From: Camelus ferus | Lineage: Eukaryota | Direction: 5' to 3' | Length of the DNA stretch: 64,000 nt | Assembly: GCF_009834535.1 (NCBI RefSeq) | Contig: NC_045696.1 | Span: 36,396,001 to 36,460,000, forward strand | Shown here: positions 36,841 to 49,515 of the stretch, one piece after another | Numbering within the stretch: position 1 is the first letter of the stretch | How the letters are laid out: each line of letters begins with the position of its first letter | Notes under the pieces: generated by a model | Told to the model about the DNA's origin: nothing | The model's database searches: none | What the model saw: the letters and a program-made list of their open reading frames with translations, nothing else | Program-made: the position numbers and the translations under genes

Positions 36841-38940
36841 AGGAGTTAAACTTAGTAACTAAGGCTCTGCCCATGGGCATGAGAAGGGTCATTCAGCGCT
36901 CCCTGTATGGGTGGGTAAACCTAATTCTCAGGTTTAGGCTTCAGAAATTCATTCACTGAAACTTCAGAAATTTATTTAAAGACTATATTTTTCCATAACA
37001 ATGTAATAAGTAATAAGATTTTTAAAAAAGTCTCTCATTTACTTTGCTCTTTTGCCTAGACCATTGGTTTAGAACTTGTATAGAGAAGAGGAACTCCTCC
37101 CTTATAATGCCATCAAGTTACTTGAAGGGGGCCAGGTGACCTAGGTAGGAATTGAAGAGCTAGGTAGAGACAAGACTATGTTAATGTTAAAGATTTTGTC
37201 TTTAATCTGAACTCCATTGGGAAGTCAAAGAAGGTTTCAGGCAGACGTGATAGGATTTGCATTTTTCATAGATTTGTGTATAAAGAATGCATTAGGGGAA
37301 TACAAAAACAGATATGGGGACACTAAGGACATTGCTGGAAATTCTGACAAAGCATGGTGGTTGCTCAAATGAAAAGGACTTATGTCATGGTTAACATGAT
37401 GAAATAAACATGTCTTTTTTTTTTCTTCTGGTCTGGCTTGATCTGGGGATACATTTTAGAATTTAGACGAATGGAAGCATGATGTAGCCTTTAGGCAATC
37501 TTCCAAGAATAATATTCTTTCTCTCTCGTGCATGCTAGTGCACATACATGTACACATACATGTTTTGGGAATTTTGTATTGTACTTTCTGGTAATGATTT
37601 TAAGTTCCCAAATTCTGTACGTGCTTTAATATTCAGTTGCTGTCTCTTCTGATGTTTAAGCATTAATGAAGACCACACCACCTCTATTCATCCAAGAGTC
37701 TCTGCATCCACCCTGTGTCACTTCTGGCTCACACCCTGCTTTGTAACAAGACATCTCTGTCCAGAGCACTACTGTGTTACAAGGCACCCTAACCACAATC
37801 TTCCCTGTTTCGCAAGGAACTCCTACACAACACAGATTCCCCTGTTATAAGAAGCCCATGACCACAGAGAAAGGAAAAACAGTTTAGAAAAGGAGACCCC
37901 CTAACCATAGAGGAAGGCAAGTTTTGGTAAGGGATCTGTGATTGCTAGCTCAAGTTGGGAACATGTCTATAAAATGCCAATTAAAAGGTACCAAATGTCT
38001 TGTGGAGGTGAGGTGCTGCTGGGTGTTCCTCTCATTGCTACTTGATGCCTAAAGATTGGCAGTAAAGGGAGCATCTTCTTTTCCACACAACACATACACA
38101 TGATTTAAAGGCCACATGACCTCGGATGGATATGTGCCTGGTGACATTCTGTGCACAAGGCTAAGATATTCCTAGCAAGAAAGTTTGGGTTTATTCTGAC
38201 ACTCAGATGGGCATTGTTCCACTAAAGTTCTAACACCATAGAACTTAGACCCAGTGATTTTAACCTAGAAGGATTTCAGGGGTTAGTTTACTAATCTTCC
38301 ATTGCTGCAATTAAAAACAATTCTCAAAAAGATATTCCTAAAACATCTACTTTTGAGCCCTATAAAATTAGATATAAAATGTATACCAGGTAACTAAGCT
38401 TAATTTTTTTATATAGGAAGAACTAGAAATCATCCCATTTGATATTGGAGAGTCTAAGTCCATAAAAGGTGAATTTCGTTTTGGGGTAGCTTTAAAAACA
38501 GTAATAAAATAATGAAAATCATTGTATATTGAAGCTGCTTCTATTATAAAAGAAAGAGAAGAGGAAAAAAAGCCCCAGTGTATCTATATAAAGATTTTTT
38601 TTCTCTAAGGCAAACATATGGCTCACTTAGAAGTGTTACTGAATTATTAAGTTTCACATTGAAAAGAAGGGAGTGCGAACCCATCCCTGCTTTGCTTTCT
38701 CAAAATTATCTGACTGACCAATAGATGGTGCTCTGATCTTGATTCTGGTGGAGATTTAATGATGCAGATGATAAACCGTGGATCTTTATAGAGTTAAAGG
38801 AGGTACACCATGACTCATTCATTCATTCATTGTTTCAATTATTGAGCACCCACTATGTGCCAGGACGATATTAGGTCTCTTTCCATAGGGTCAAAGACTA
38901 CTGTAGGGTAAATAAAAGCTTCAGTGTATTTCTTTACAAA

Positions 38941-39450
38941 GTATTACTAATTGTTTATATTGCTGTGTAACAAATCCCTTCAAAGCTTAATGGCTTACAA
39001 TAACGAGGGTGTATTAACTTCTCAGTGTTTTGTCAGTTGGCTGAGTGGTTTCTCTGCTGATTTCTCCTGGGCTCCCTCACTAAACAGTTGCACTCAGCTG
39101 GAGGATCTTCTGGGCTCTAAGAGCTGAGGTGGTCTAACTCCCATGTCAGGCTGTTGGTGCTAGCTGTCCTAAGGGGAACCTACATCTGTCTCTGTGTAGA
39201 CTAGTCCTGTTTTCTTACGTGGTGGTCTCAGAGCAGTGCTTCAAGTAAATGAAGCCAGGACCATGAGACCTACTGGGACCTACCTAGTCCTGTAGGTTAC
39301 ATTATGCCACCTCTGCTACCTTCTATTGGCCAAAGCAAGTCTAAGACCAGCCCAGATTCAAAAGGTGGGGAAATAGACTCTAACTCTTGATGAAAAGAGT
39401 GATAAATCACATTGCAGATGGGTATGCATCCTGGAATGGGAGGCTTCGTG
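38941..39450 (-). mobile_element. MaLR solo LTR, MLT1H/G-like
   Basis: 'tattgctgtgtaacaaatcccttcaaagcttaatggctta' and 'ttctattggccaaagcaagtc...ccagcccagattcaa...ggggaaatagactc'. Confidence 0.75.
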
Positions 39451-40119
39451 ATCTATAAAAATACAAGTAGATAAATGAACAGTAGTAGAATAGGCATGCT
39501 TAGATCTTGTGGGGTCCTTGTAGAAACATTACTGGGGAAGCTGAACTTGCTCTGAATTTTTAGAGAAGAAAAGTGGTATGTCTTTAAGACAAAATGTCTG
39601 TTGGTCTAAGGAGGCCACTGTTTTGATGGAGAGTAAAGGGTTATATGGATTTGGATTATCCATCACATACGCTATGTGAATCCTTTCATTACTAGTCTTC
39701 TTCATTATTCCCTGATACTTGGCTTTTTTAGCAGTTGTCTAACCTTGCAAGCATCTGTTAACTCCTAATCAGGACTTCTGCAGAGGGAAGGATGGAGATA
39801 ATGGAATGAGATAGAATGAAGCAGTGATCTACACTAGTAGGGTGATGTGATATAGTTCCGGTCCATGATCAGATAATTAATCTTTCTGTAACAATGTTCA
39901 GTAAGTACACAAATATATTTTAGGTGTCACCTTTTTTGAGTTATTGTTTCAATTATTAAATCTCTACTACGTGCCAAGCCTTTTACATATGTTATCTCTA
40001 AATATTATAGCAGTCCTGAAAAGTGTCAGTTCCTATTTTACACGTGAGAAAATTGAGGCCTAGGGAAGATGGGTGGATTTCTTACAACCAGTTATTAAGT
40101 ATAGAACAGAATCTGGACA

Positions 40120-40585
40120 TCCAGGAGCTTACTCAGTATCCATTCTCCCCTTCTCTCTGAGTGCTGGAGCCCCAGTAGTTGCTGAAGATTTCAATGTGCC
40201 CAGCCAAAACTACATTTCACAGGCTCCTTTGCATAGTCAATAAAAAATAACCAGCTGATGAAACCTAGCTGGAAGTTGTTTTGTAGGGCTTATGGGAAAG
40301 TAAGTGCCTTAAACAGAAGGCTGACTTAATTAATATGCTCATTCTTGCAATTAGTCCTTCCTGGTGGAAGAGGATATGATGCCTGGAGCTCCAGCAACCA
40401 CAGTATAAGCGTAAGCGCCTAGCCAGACGATTAGGATGGTAGAGCAGAGACCTTGAAGAGGCATGGGCCTTGGAAGACGTAGTGGAGCTGCTTTGTCAGC
40501 TCTTACGTTAGAGGAAAACAAAACTCCCATTTGCTTAGGCCAGGATTATTTTTCTTGTATAAACAAATTATACTCAATTCTAATA
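40120..40585 (+). mobile_element. Old MaLR LTR (MLT1I/J-like)
   Basis: 'tgcccagccaaaactacatttcacaggctcctttgca', 'atgatgcctggagctccagcaacca'. Confidence 0.6.
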
Positions 40586-40984
40586 GTTAGATACCAAAAT
40601 AGAACCCTTTCCCCATTGCTTTATCTCAGTGCTTTATTTAAAAGAAAAATTTATAAAATTACAGTCATGAAAGTAATAAAATAATATTGCAGGTCTAAGA
40701 ATGTCTGTGTACAGTCATAAGTGTCTACCTCTACAGAAAATTAGGAGGAACCTTATTGGTCTTGAGAGGTCTGAATTGTTTGATTCTCAGCCCCTGCACA
40801 CTTGTATTTCCAAGGCACAAGGCTTGCTTTCTTGTTCTCTCAATTTCAGTCTGTGGCTTTTGAAGGAACCTTTTCATGCTTATGCCTCTGAGAATGAGAG
40901 TTCCTTTCCTTTGCTTGAATTTTGTGGCACCAAGATTCCTATGATGCTCTGACCTTTAGATCCCACATCTGGCATCTTCAGATT

Positions 40985-41169
40985 TCAGCATTTCAGCTGT
41001 ATGAGAATCATGTGGAATATCTGTAAGTTAAAAAAGTCCAATTTTCAGACCTACCATAGAAATTTTGTATCAGTTGTTCTGTGGCAATGTCCAGGAATTT
41101 TCTTTTTTAACAAGTACTCCAGGCATTTCTTCCATATGTGATTCACAAGGTGCCCTTTGAGAAGCCCTG
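40985..41169 (+). mobile_element. MER5-family hAT MITE remnant
   Basis: 'ccaggaattttcttttttaacaagtactccaggcatttct...tttgagaagccctg'. Confidence 0.55.
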
Positions 41170-41965
41170 CTAAACTTTTCCCCTAAGCAGTGCCTTGTGC
41201 TGTGTTATCTGACCCAAACTTGCAATATGCGGGGGCGATGGGGGATATTTATATGGGGTTATATTTTCCTCTCATGTAAGCCCTGCTGTGGTATGAATAT
41301 CAAAGATGATTTCTGAAATTTAGGAAGTTGGTCAGGGTAATATAGCAAATTTTCTTGTAAGTATTAAATTTGTACTAATTGGTATGGCTGGCACAAATTG
41401 TACCAGATGGATAGGTAAGTCTCCTACTTTTGCAGAGTTCCAAGTTGCCTTTCCTGTTCTTAATTATTAAAGATTGATTTTATTTTGCAGAACATTTACA
41501 GAGAATTGCCAATACCTTTCCTCAAAGGACATAATTTAAAACCTTTAAAAGATCAAAATTTTAATAAAAGCTTGAAAATGTTGCCAGTAGTTTTACAGAA
41601 GCTATGAACCGATTTCATTTCAATGCTGCATATTAGAGGCAACAGTTATAAGAAAATGAACCCTAGGTCACACCTGGAAAGAAAATATGCATCGGTCTCT
41701 ATAGTGACAACAGCCACATTCTGCTTCATAGGGGATGTGCTCCTGAAAAGTGCAGCGAAATGCAAGGTGTAAAATTAAAACAATTAACCTGTATGTTTTC
41801 AGACAGAGCTAGACTTTTTATAAAATCTGAAATTTTACCTGACCGCTTAATTATATACTTACCAGTATTTCATATGTGCTTTTATGTTCTTTAATTTGTT
41901 CTTTTCCTTTGTAGCTTTTCTTTCAGTCAGATTTAAGGTACATCACTTTCTTTTGTAACCCGATC

Positions 41966-42012
41966 ACTACTACTGCTGCTGCTACCACCACCACCACTAC
42001 CACCACCATTAC
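41966..42012. repeat. Compound trinucleotide tract (CTA/CTG/CCA)n
   Basis: cactactactgctgctgctaccaccaccaccactaccaccaccattac. Confidence 0.75.
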
Positions 42013-42976
42013 TAACTGCTGACAGTACTTTATCTCTGACTTCCCCCCAGCTATTTAAATATCCTATCAACATAGTGTCCATATTGCAGGTATGCTATCA
42101 ATTTCATCTTTTTAGTGACATATCTCCGTGCTCCTATTACATAGATTGGTTGATCTCTAGGCCTGATGCAAAGTTAATGTCTAGACATATCTGTTTTCAA
42201 TTATCCTAAGGATTTTCCGTATTTCTCTTTCATGTTGGATCCTGTTCTTCTGGCTCTGTGGTCTTTCTTTGCTCATTATGATGGAACAAATTTTTAGTAG
42301 CATCCTGAAAAAATTGCATGGTAGGTAAACTTTTGGAGGTCTTGCTTGTTTGAAGCTATCTTTTTTATACCATTGATCTTAATTGCTAGTTTGGCTGGGT
42401 TTAGAACTCCAGGTTGAAAATTATGTCCCTTTGTATTTCTGATCACAAAGCTCCACTTTCTTGAAGCTGCCGTTTTAGTGTTGAGAAATCCAATGCCACT
42501 GTAGTTCTTGATCATTGTAGAACTGTGATCATTTACTTTCAAAGCTTTTACAGTCTTTTTGTTCACAGTGATCTGAAACATCATGTAATACATCTTAGTA
42601 TAAGTCTATTTTATTTATATGCCAGAACTTGGCTGAAAATTTTCAATCCAGTGGTTCATATTTTTCAGTTTTATGAATTTGTCCTGAATTGTTTGTTTAT
42701 TTTCCTCCTTCTCTTTTCCCTATATTTTTCTTTTTAAAACTCCTATTATTTCGATGTTAGACTCTATGGATTAACTTCTAATTTTTTTTAATGTTTCTGT
42801 CCTATTTTCTATCTGTTTGTATTTTTGCTATAACATCTGCCATGTTTTCTCAATTCTGTTTTCCAATTCTTACAGTGATTGCTTAATGACTGTGATTACA
42901 CCTTTATTTTCTATGAGCTGTTTTTTGTTTTCAGAATGGTCTTTTTCTTTCTCTCTCTTTTTTTTTTTTTCAGTTG

Positions 42977-43395
42977 TGTGTGGCACAGTCAGCTATCCTA
43001 TATAGATTTGTATCTCTCTCCTTAAAATAGAGTTGCTGAAGGAAGGTGACTGCTCAGTCAGGGCCGCATTTCCAAGTTCCTCTTGAATCTTGCTAATGGG
43101 ACCTGAACAAAAATAGCATATGTTTTTCTAGGCCAAAGATTTAGAAACTATGTATTTCTCCTTTGTCATTTATTTCATCATTGGTCAGATGAATACATAG
43201 AACTCTAAGTACCAAAGAGCTGGAGAAGTCACAAATGGAGGGAGCCTGAGACCCTGAATAGCTATGTGGAACACAGCCCCTACCTTTTTCCCATTTCTAA
43301 CTGAACTTTATATAGGTGAGAAATAAGTATCTATGATGTCAAGCCATTGAAATGCCAAGGTATTGCTATTGTAACAATTAGTATTACTCTAATGT
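42977..43395 (+). mobile_element. MaLR LTR (MLT1J-like) nested in HAL1
   Basis: 'cacaaatggagggagcctgagaccctgaatagctatgtggaacacagccc' and 'gtgagaaataagtatctatgatgtcaagccattgaaat'. Confidence 0.7.
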
Positions 43396-44849
43396 GTCAT
43401 TCTTTTTTGATTGATTGATACAAGATCTTGTTTTGTTTCTCTGAAAATATTAATGCTGTTTTTAAAATTCATGTTTCTTCCAGTGCAGTCTTGTTTTCAC
43501 TAACGTTGCTTTTCTGGATGTTTGGTCACTGTCTGTCATTTAGAGGCTTGCCTCAAATATCTTTACTGGCCATTCATATTTAAGAAGGCACCCAAAAAAT
43601 CCTGTTTGGAAGCTGTGTGCATGTGTAGGATATGTGGACTGTAGGCTTCAAAGTAGAGTGATTTGACCAGTATGTTTCCTTGGGAAATCCTTTATGAGAG
43701 CATTTTTAAGGGTTTTCGCTTGGACTTGCAAGATTGCCCAGAAAAGGTGCTTTTGACTTCCTGCCTGGAGGTTTCAGTACTTACAGCTAGCATTTGGAGA
43801 GACGGGGGTCAGTGGGAGGGGTTGAAGAGGAGAGTGTAGAATGCTGGGGGGGGGGGTGTCTCAGCATTCAGAAGGGGAACTTTCATTTAATCTCCTATTT
43901 TTATTATGACACCTCTGCCTGTAGCTCTGCCTGGAAGCCTTCCAGCAGAGACACCCTCAGTTTTACTCTGTTTGCAGAGTAAATGTCCAGTCTGCCAGAA
44001 TGAGAGAGGAGTAGCTGTCCAGCTTCACAAAGCTGGCGAGGGTCCAGGAGGTCTGATTCTTTCTCAGAAATGACTTTCAAACAGTCCTGATGTTTTACCA
44101 TCACTTTTACTCCAAACTCTTCCAGAGGTACTTGGTCCTCTAAATCTTGGGTCTTTGGGAACTCCATTGCATATATTAGGTTGCTTCTCAGCTTTTCCTA
44201 CTGCTGGCTTAGAATTCAGCTTTCTCAGATTTGCCAAGTAATTTACACTCATCCAATTGCTTTCTAGCTTCCAAAACTGTGTCGTTTTGGTCTCCTTTCC
44301 AAATACTCTTTGTCCATGTGAGTTTATGCCTTAATTAAAAAAATATAGTTTATTGGGTTTTAGAAGACAGTAGAGGTCTATAAGTATATTTATTTGCCAA
44401 ATTCATCTGTAAACTTTAAAATTTTAAAAACTAAAGCTCACTCAATTTCATAATTTCCCAAATGGCGGGACATCCAGTATTTTTTTCACCCTCTCTGAAC
44501 TGTTCACTGACCCCAGAGGATTACTCAAAGGGGCAGATCTAGCTTACGATTGCCTCACCAAGAGAGAATTGGGGAAATGACTGATTTTCTAGTGGGGCTA
44601 ATGTTTTTGCTGCCATTATTTCTGCAGCTGGTGTGCAGCATCACTCCTGTACATTGGTTTGGCACAGCTCACTGCTACATTTATGCTTTGCTGGTCCAGA
44701 TCCCTGTACAGGTTCTCTGATGGAGGTTAACCTCATTCCTTCAGCCAAGGGTAGTCCATATTTTCTCTTAGTGTTGCATCTTCTTAGTTCACACTGACAT
44801 ACTTAGCTATTGTTTTCAGAGTGTGGCCCATATTGGCTAAAATGAGCAT

Positions 44850-45400
44850 CTAGCTTCAGCTACATGTTGAGGCAGAATGAAGCCTGACTAAATAAGCCCG
44901 TGTCCCCAATTCAGATCCTTGTCCATAAAAATAAGTGCTTCTTATAGGACCCTAGATTCTTTTCCTGCCAAAAGTCATTCTAGTAATTTGAAATCTGGAC
45001 ACGATTTGAGAACTTCGAGCCCCAGACATAGGAGAAAGCACAGGTTTTTCTGGTTAGCAGCACTTGTATGAGATTCGGAAGGTGAGCGAGAACCAGAAGT
45101 CCAATATTACTCCTCTTGGCAGTCGTGGTCAGATATGTGGGCCTCAGCTGGTGGGAGATGTCACAGGGGCCTCCAGTACTGTCCTGTGAAGGACGCATCT
45201 CAGTGGTAGAGGCAGTGCTGATCACTGTCAGCATTTTCCCATGGTTACTGCAAACTTTCAAACCTCAAAGAGGTAGTGGCAAAGCCTGAGTGCTAGTGGC
45301 CGAATTTTCTGACCTGTATTCCTCCAGCATGTCTGACAGTTTGGTAAGCACCTAACTCCTTGTATTAATTCTCTTTGTGCTTAAAACACTAGAGTGGCCA
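44850..45400 (+). mobile_element. Old ERVL-class LTR remnant (LTR67B/LTR33-like)
   Basis: 3' end 'gtaagcacctaactccttgtattaattctctttgtgcttaaaacactagagtgg'; the 5' boundary is uncertain. Confidence 0.45.
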
Positions 45401-48400
45401 AATCATGACTGCTATTGTACCCATCTTCTCCTGCTGCACATTTTTCTCAGGGCTTTGAGTGCTCGTTGCCAACACCGACAGAATGTGGTAACTTTCGAGT
45501 AGAAGCTCCTTCAAGGGGCCTTGTTTATGGGTTATGAGTTAAGTGCTGCTGAACTAGGTAAGCACCCTGCTCCACACAGAAGTGTGGGGGGAAATCCAAG
45601 AGTCAAATGTAAATTTTTTGAGGACTGCCTTAATTTTCCAAAGGGGGCATGAAATATGGTTAGAGAAAAATTAATTGACAGGTACATGAAAACGTTTAAT
45701 ATTTTATTTAGAAAACAAAGAGATTGGTAGGTACTGTACAAATGGTATAGCAACCAGAGCTATAATTCAGTGGATCCTAGCCTACCTAATTTAAATTTAT
45801 TATTGTCTACACTGTCATCCTTTGACTTCTTTCTCCCCAAAAGCCTTGATTATTGGATTTCTCTATTCATTATGGAAAAATTCTTTGACATTAAATATAC
45901 ATTAAATAAATATTAGTGACTCAGTCATTTTCAGTTCTGTTTATTTCTGTCTCACTGAAAGTTTAGACCAAAAAAAAAAATCTCTGTAAGAAGAGAATAC
46001 ATAATTCTAAGAGTATAACCTTGTCACATCAGGTTTCTTTGAACTATATATAAATTTATAAAGTCACTATGTATTGGAAGATATCCATCAAGGTCAGATA
46101 ATTGAACTTTTCAGAATAGTCATTTCAAAGTAGTTTTAACGGAACTTGTTAGTAGATAGTAAAAGTGTCCTCTGACCCAAATATATTCTGATCTCAAATC
46201 ATGAAAAGGTTGTAGTTTAAAGTTCATGCAAAGGCCAGTTGTTGTTTGAAACTTGTAACACATTTTTCCATAGAAATATAATTTATTTTGTTTGTGTAAT
46301 ATTTATACCCTACAGACTCCAGAAAAGACTGAGAGCAGTTTATGTAATTAAGTGTAATGTAAAATAAGAAAACTTAAAAATTGAAAGGAACAAATAAATG
46401 TCTCTGTGTACCCAAGATTTTTTTAAAGGGAGACAGGTTGGTATAAATAAGAACTAATATCTCATTGATCCATGTCCTAATCTTTCTGCTGAAAAAAAAA
46501 TGTATGAATTTGATCAAGCTTCTGAATCTCAGTATCTACATCTATGAAACGGATATAAAGTGTAACTAACTTTGCTAGTGAATGTATTCCATGGCAAAGC
46601 CTTCCTGAAGATTCCTTCTCCCTCAGATCTCCTTTGCATTTCCTCTAGAAATGTCTCAGGAAGAATGAGGGCAGTTTCTAAAAAGTGCTTCCTGCAGAGC
46701 AGCAATCTGTCTACTCCCATTTTTGCTACATCAGCTGGACCAGTTTCACCAGCCTCTGCCTGAGCTGGTGCTGAGGTCCTCTGATGAGCTGACCTCCATG
46801 CCACTCACAGAACCTCTGTTTGTGCTGCTGTCAACCCCGTTTACCCTTCTGACTCTTAATCTTCTCTTCTCTAGCCAGGAAATCACCTTCACTTGCTGTT
46901 TTCAACACTAAACTGTTATATCACTAGTGATGCTGAATTCCTCTTAATAGTTCAACTTTCTGTCCCAAGAGACAGAACTTTTGACAGACTAGATTAAGGG
47001 ATGATCAAACCTGTTCAGACCTTCACCTGGAACTACCTGTTCTGCAGTCCCCATCTGGCTACTCCATCTGGACTTTTTCTCTGGGGTTCCAGAGATTCTC
47101 TCTAGTCTAATAAACTTTGGGGAAACTTGCAGACCTTTGTAAAAGATCATATCCCAGTTGTAAATCAAGTTCAATCTTCTCTCCCACTGATTTGGTCCAC
47201 AAGACCCCAAACAAAAGCAGGAATACAGACTTTCATGGATTACAATGTCTGTGAATGAGGCTGCTCCTCTCAGAGCCCAGGTGGACCAGTGAGGGGGCAG
47301 TGTCGCCTAATCTTACATTCCAGCCAAACTGATGGGAAATCCATCCCCAAACCTTTTTTGTTGAACTCAAGATTAGATGTATTGTGAAGCCTAAATGAAG
47401 TAATGTAATAGTTGCAATCACTATTTCTTAAATGCCTTCTAATGTTGTTTTATGTATTATTTCATCTAACTCTCACGTATCCCAGATAACATTTGTGAGT
47501 TTCTCTGCCAGTGAGATTTAAGTGGTACTGCTTTAGACGCTAACAATTCCATGACTCCTCCCCACAAGGTCTGATAATTTCTCTGTGTTAAATACTCACG
47601 TTTCTCTTTGCCTATGGCTCCTGAAGTTGTCCGTGCTACCTCTATTTTCACAAATCAATTTAGTTTTTCTATGAGTTTCCATAGGACATCCAGTTCATTC
47701 ACACTGAGCCTTTCAGGGAATCCACAGATAGGGGTCAAGTTGTTGTCTGTTTTCTTTTTTCCCTCCAGACATTTTTTTATTCCCTTCCCTTACCTTCCCC
47801 AGAGAACCAATCAAATCCATCCTTTTCTCTTCCATAACAAGAAAATGAATGTGTTTGTTGCTTGAGTTCCTTTCTCACTCAAGTTACTTCTCAAACAATG
47901 GGAAAGAGAAATCTGAAAGTGAAATCTATCTTGGTGGAATAGTTTGTATGTGTGAATCCTCTGTCAATGGAATGTTCATAATTTTGGAACTTTGAGCATA
48001 TGCAAAAAGGCTCTTATATTAATCAGAATTTCATACGGTTGTTCTCTAGCAGTTACATGTGGAGCGAGTTAATTATGAACCAGTGCCTAAAAAAGTTCAG
48101 CACACTGAGAAGATATCAGCAATATCTCCAATGAATATTAATGTTTTGAAATGTCTATGTAATTGAAATCAATTTAAATGTAAAAATAATATGAAGAATG
48201 CTAATGCAATGGCAGCGTCTCCCACAGATAAATATGTCAAAACACATTAGAATTTCTCTGAGGCTATGGCAGGAACTTGCATTGCGAGCAGGCTGTCAGA
48301 TGGGTAGGTTTGACTTTATTTTTGTTCCTTTAAGCCTATTTGTTGGGTTTTAATATTTGTATCTTTAGTCGGAAGATTTTTGCTTTGGCCTTGTTGATTT

Positions 48401-48529
48401 TTCTTGGAAATGATACTTCTGTTTTTATTTTGACTTTGTTTAAAGTTGTCTGACATACCTAAATGTCCAAGTTTTGGTTTTGGAGTCATAAATAAACTTC
48501 AAAATGATTACTAATTTGAGAAATATGTT

Positions 48530-48958
48530 GGTCAGATGAATAGTGCATGATTCCACTTATATGAATTATCTAAAATAATGAAACTCATAGAACCAAAGCG
48601 TAGCATGGGACAGCTTGGAGGGGGAGATGGGGGAGTTTGATAGAAAGTTTTGATTGTGTGAAATAAAGAAGTTGTAGGGATCTGCTGTTCAACCTTGTGC
48701 CTACAGCTAAAAATTCTGTAAAATTTGTTAATTGGGTAGATCTTATATTAAGTGTTCTTACCACAAAACAAAACAAAAACCAAATAACAACAAAAAAGAG
48801 ACATGAGAAAACTTTTGGAAGTGATGGGTATGTCTATTATCTTGATTGTGGTAATAGTCTGCAGGTATATATGTCCAGACTCATTAAATTGTATACATTA
48901 AATATGTCCAATCTTCTTGCATATTAGTTATACCTCAGTAAAGCTGTTTTAAAAAAGA
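48530..48958 (+). mobile_element. L1 (L1MA/MB-type) 3' end
   Basis: 'catgattccacttatatga', 'gggtagatcttatattaagtgttcttaccac', 'aaacttttggaagtgatgggtatgtctattatcttgattgtggtaatag', A-rich tail. Confidence 0.85.
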
Positions 48959-48992
48959 AATATGTATGGTAAAAAATTAAAATATATTGATA

Positions 48993-49515
48993 CTTTTAAA
49001 GTTGAGAGATAGTTGACATATAACATTATAGTAGTTTCAGGTGTACAACAGTACTGACTAGATATTTGTATATATTGCCAAATGATTATCTTAGTAAGTC
49101 TAGTTAACATCTGTCACCACACATACTTAAAAGCTATTTTTCCTTGTGATGAGAATTTTTAAGATCTACTCTCTTAGCAACTTTCAAATTTACCGTACAG
49201 TGGTAGTATTAATTATTGTCACCATGCTGTACATTACATTCCCAGAACTTACTTATTTTGTAACTGGAATTTTGTACCTTTTGACCATCTTCACCCATTT
49301 AACCTACTTCCCATCCACCACCTTTGGCAACCACCACACTGTTCTCTGTGTCTATGAGTTTGTTGGGGTTTTTTCAAATTTTTTTTTTTTTAGATTCCAC
49401 ATGTAAGTCAGGTCATAAGGCATTTGTCTTTCTCTCTAACATCCCACTTAGCACGCTTTTCTCAAGGCCCATCCATGTTGTGGCAAATGGCGAGATTCCC
49501 TGGTTATTTTCTTAA
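48993..49515 (-). mobile_element. L1 (L1MA9-like) 3' end
   Basis: 'ttgagagatagttgacatataacatt', 'tttaagatctactctcttagcaactttcaa', 'tttagattccacatgtaag'. Confidence 0.85.

Larger units (their letters stand above)
41850..44410 (-). mobile_element. HAL1 (Half-L1) element, long and decayed, with ORF1p remnant
   Basis: Minus ORF 42294-42593 encodes 'SRKWSFVIRNTKGHNFQPGVLNPAKLAIK...QDLQKFTYHAIF', resembling the L1 ORF1p C-terminal 'FQPRILYPAKLS' motif. HAL1-like 5' region 'ctactgctggcttagaattcagctttctc' near 44200. Confidence 0.75.
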
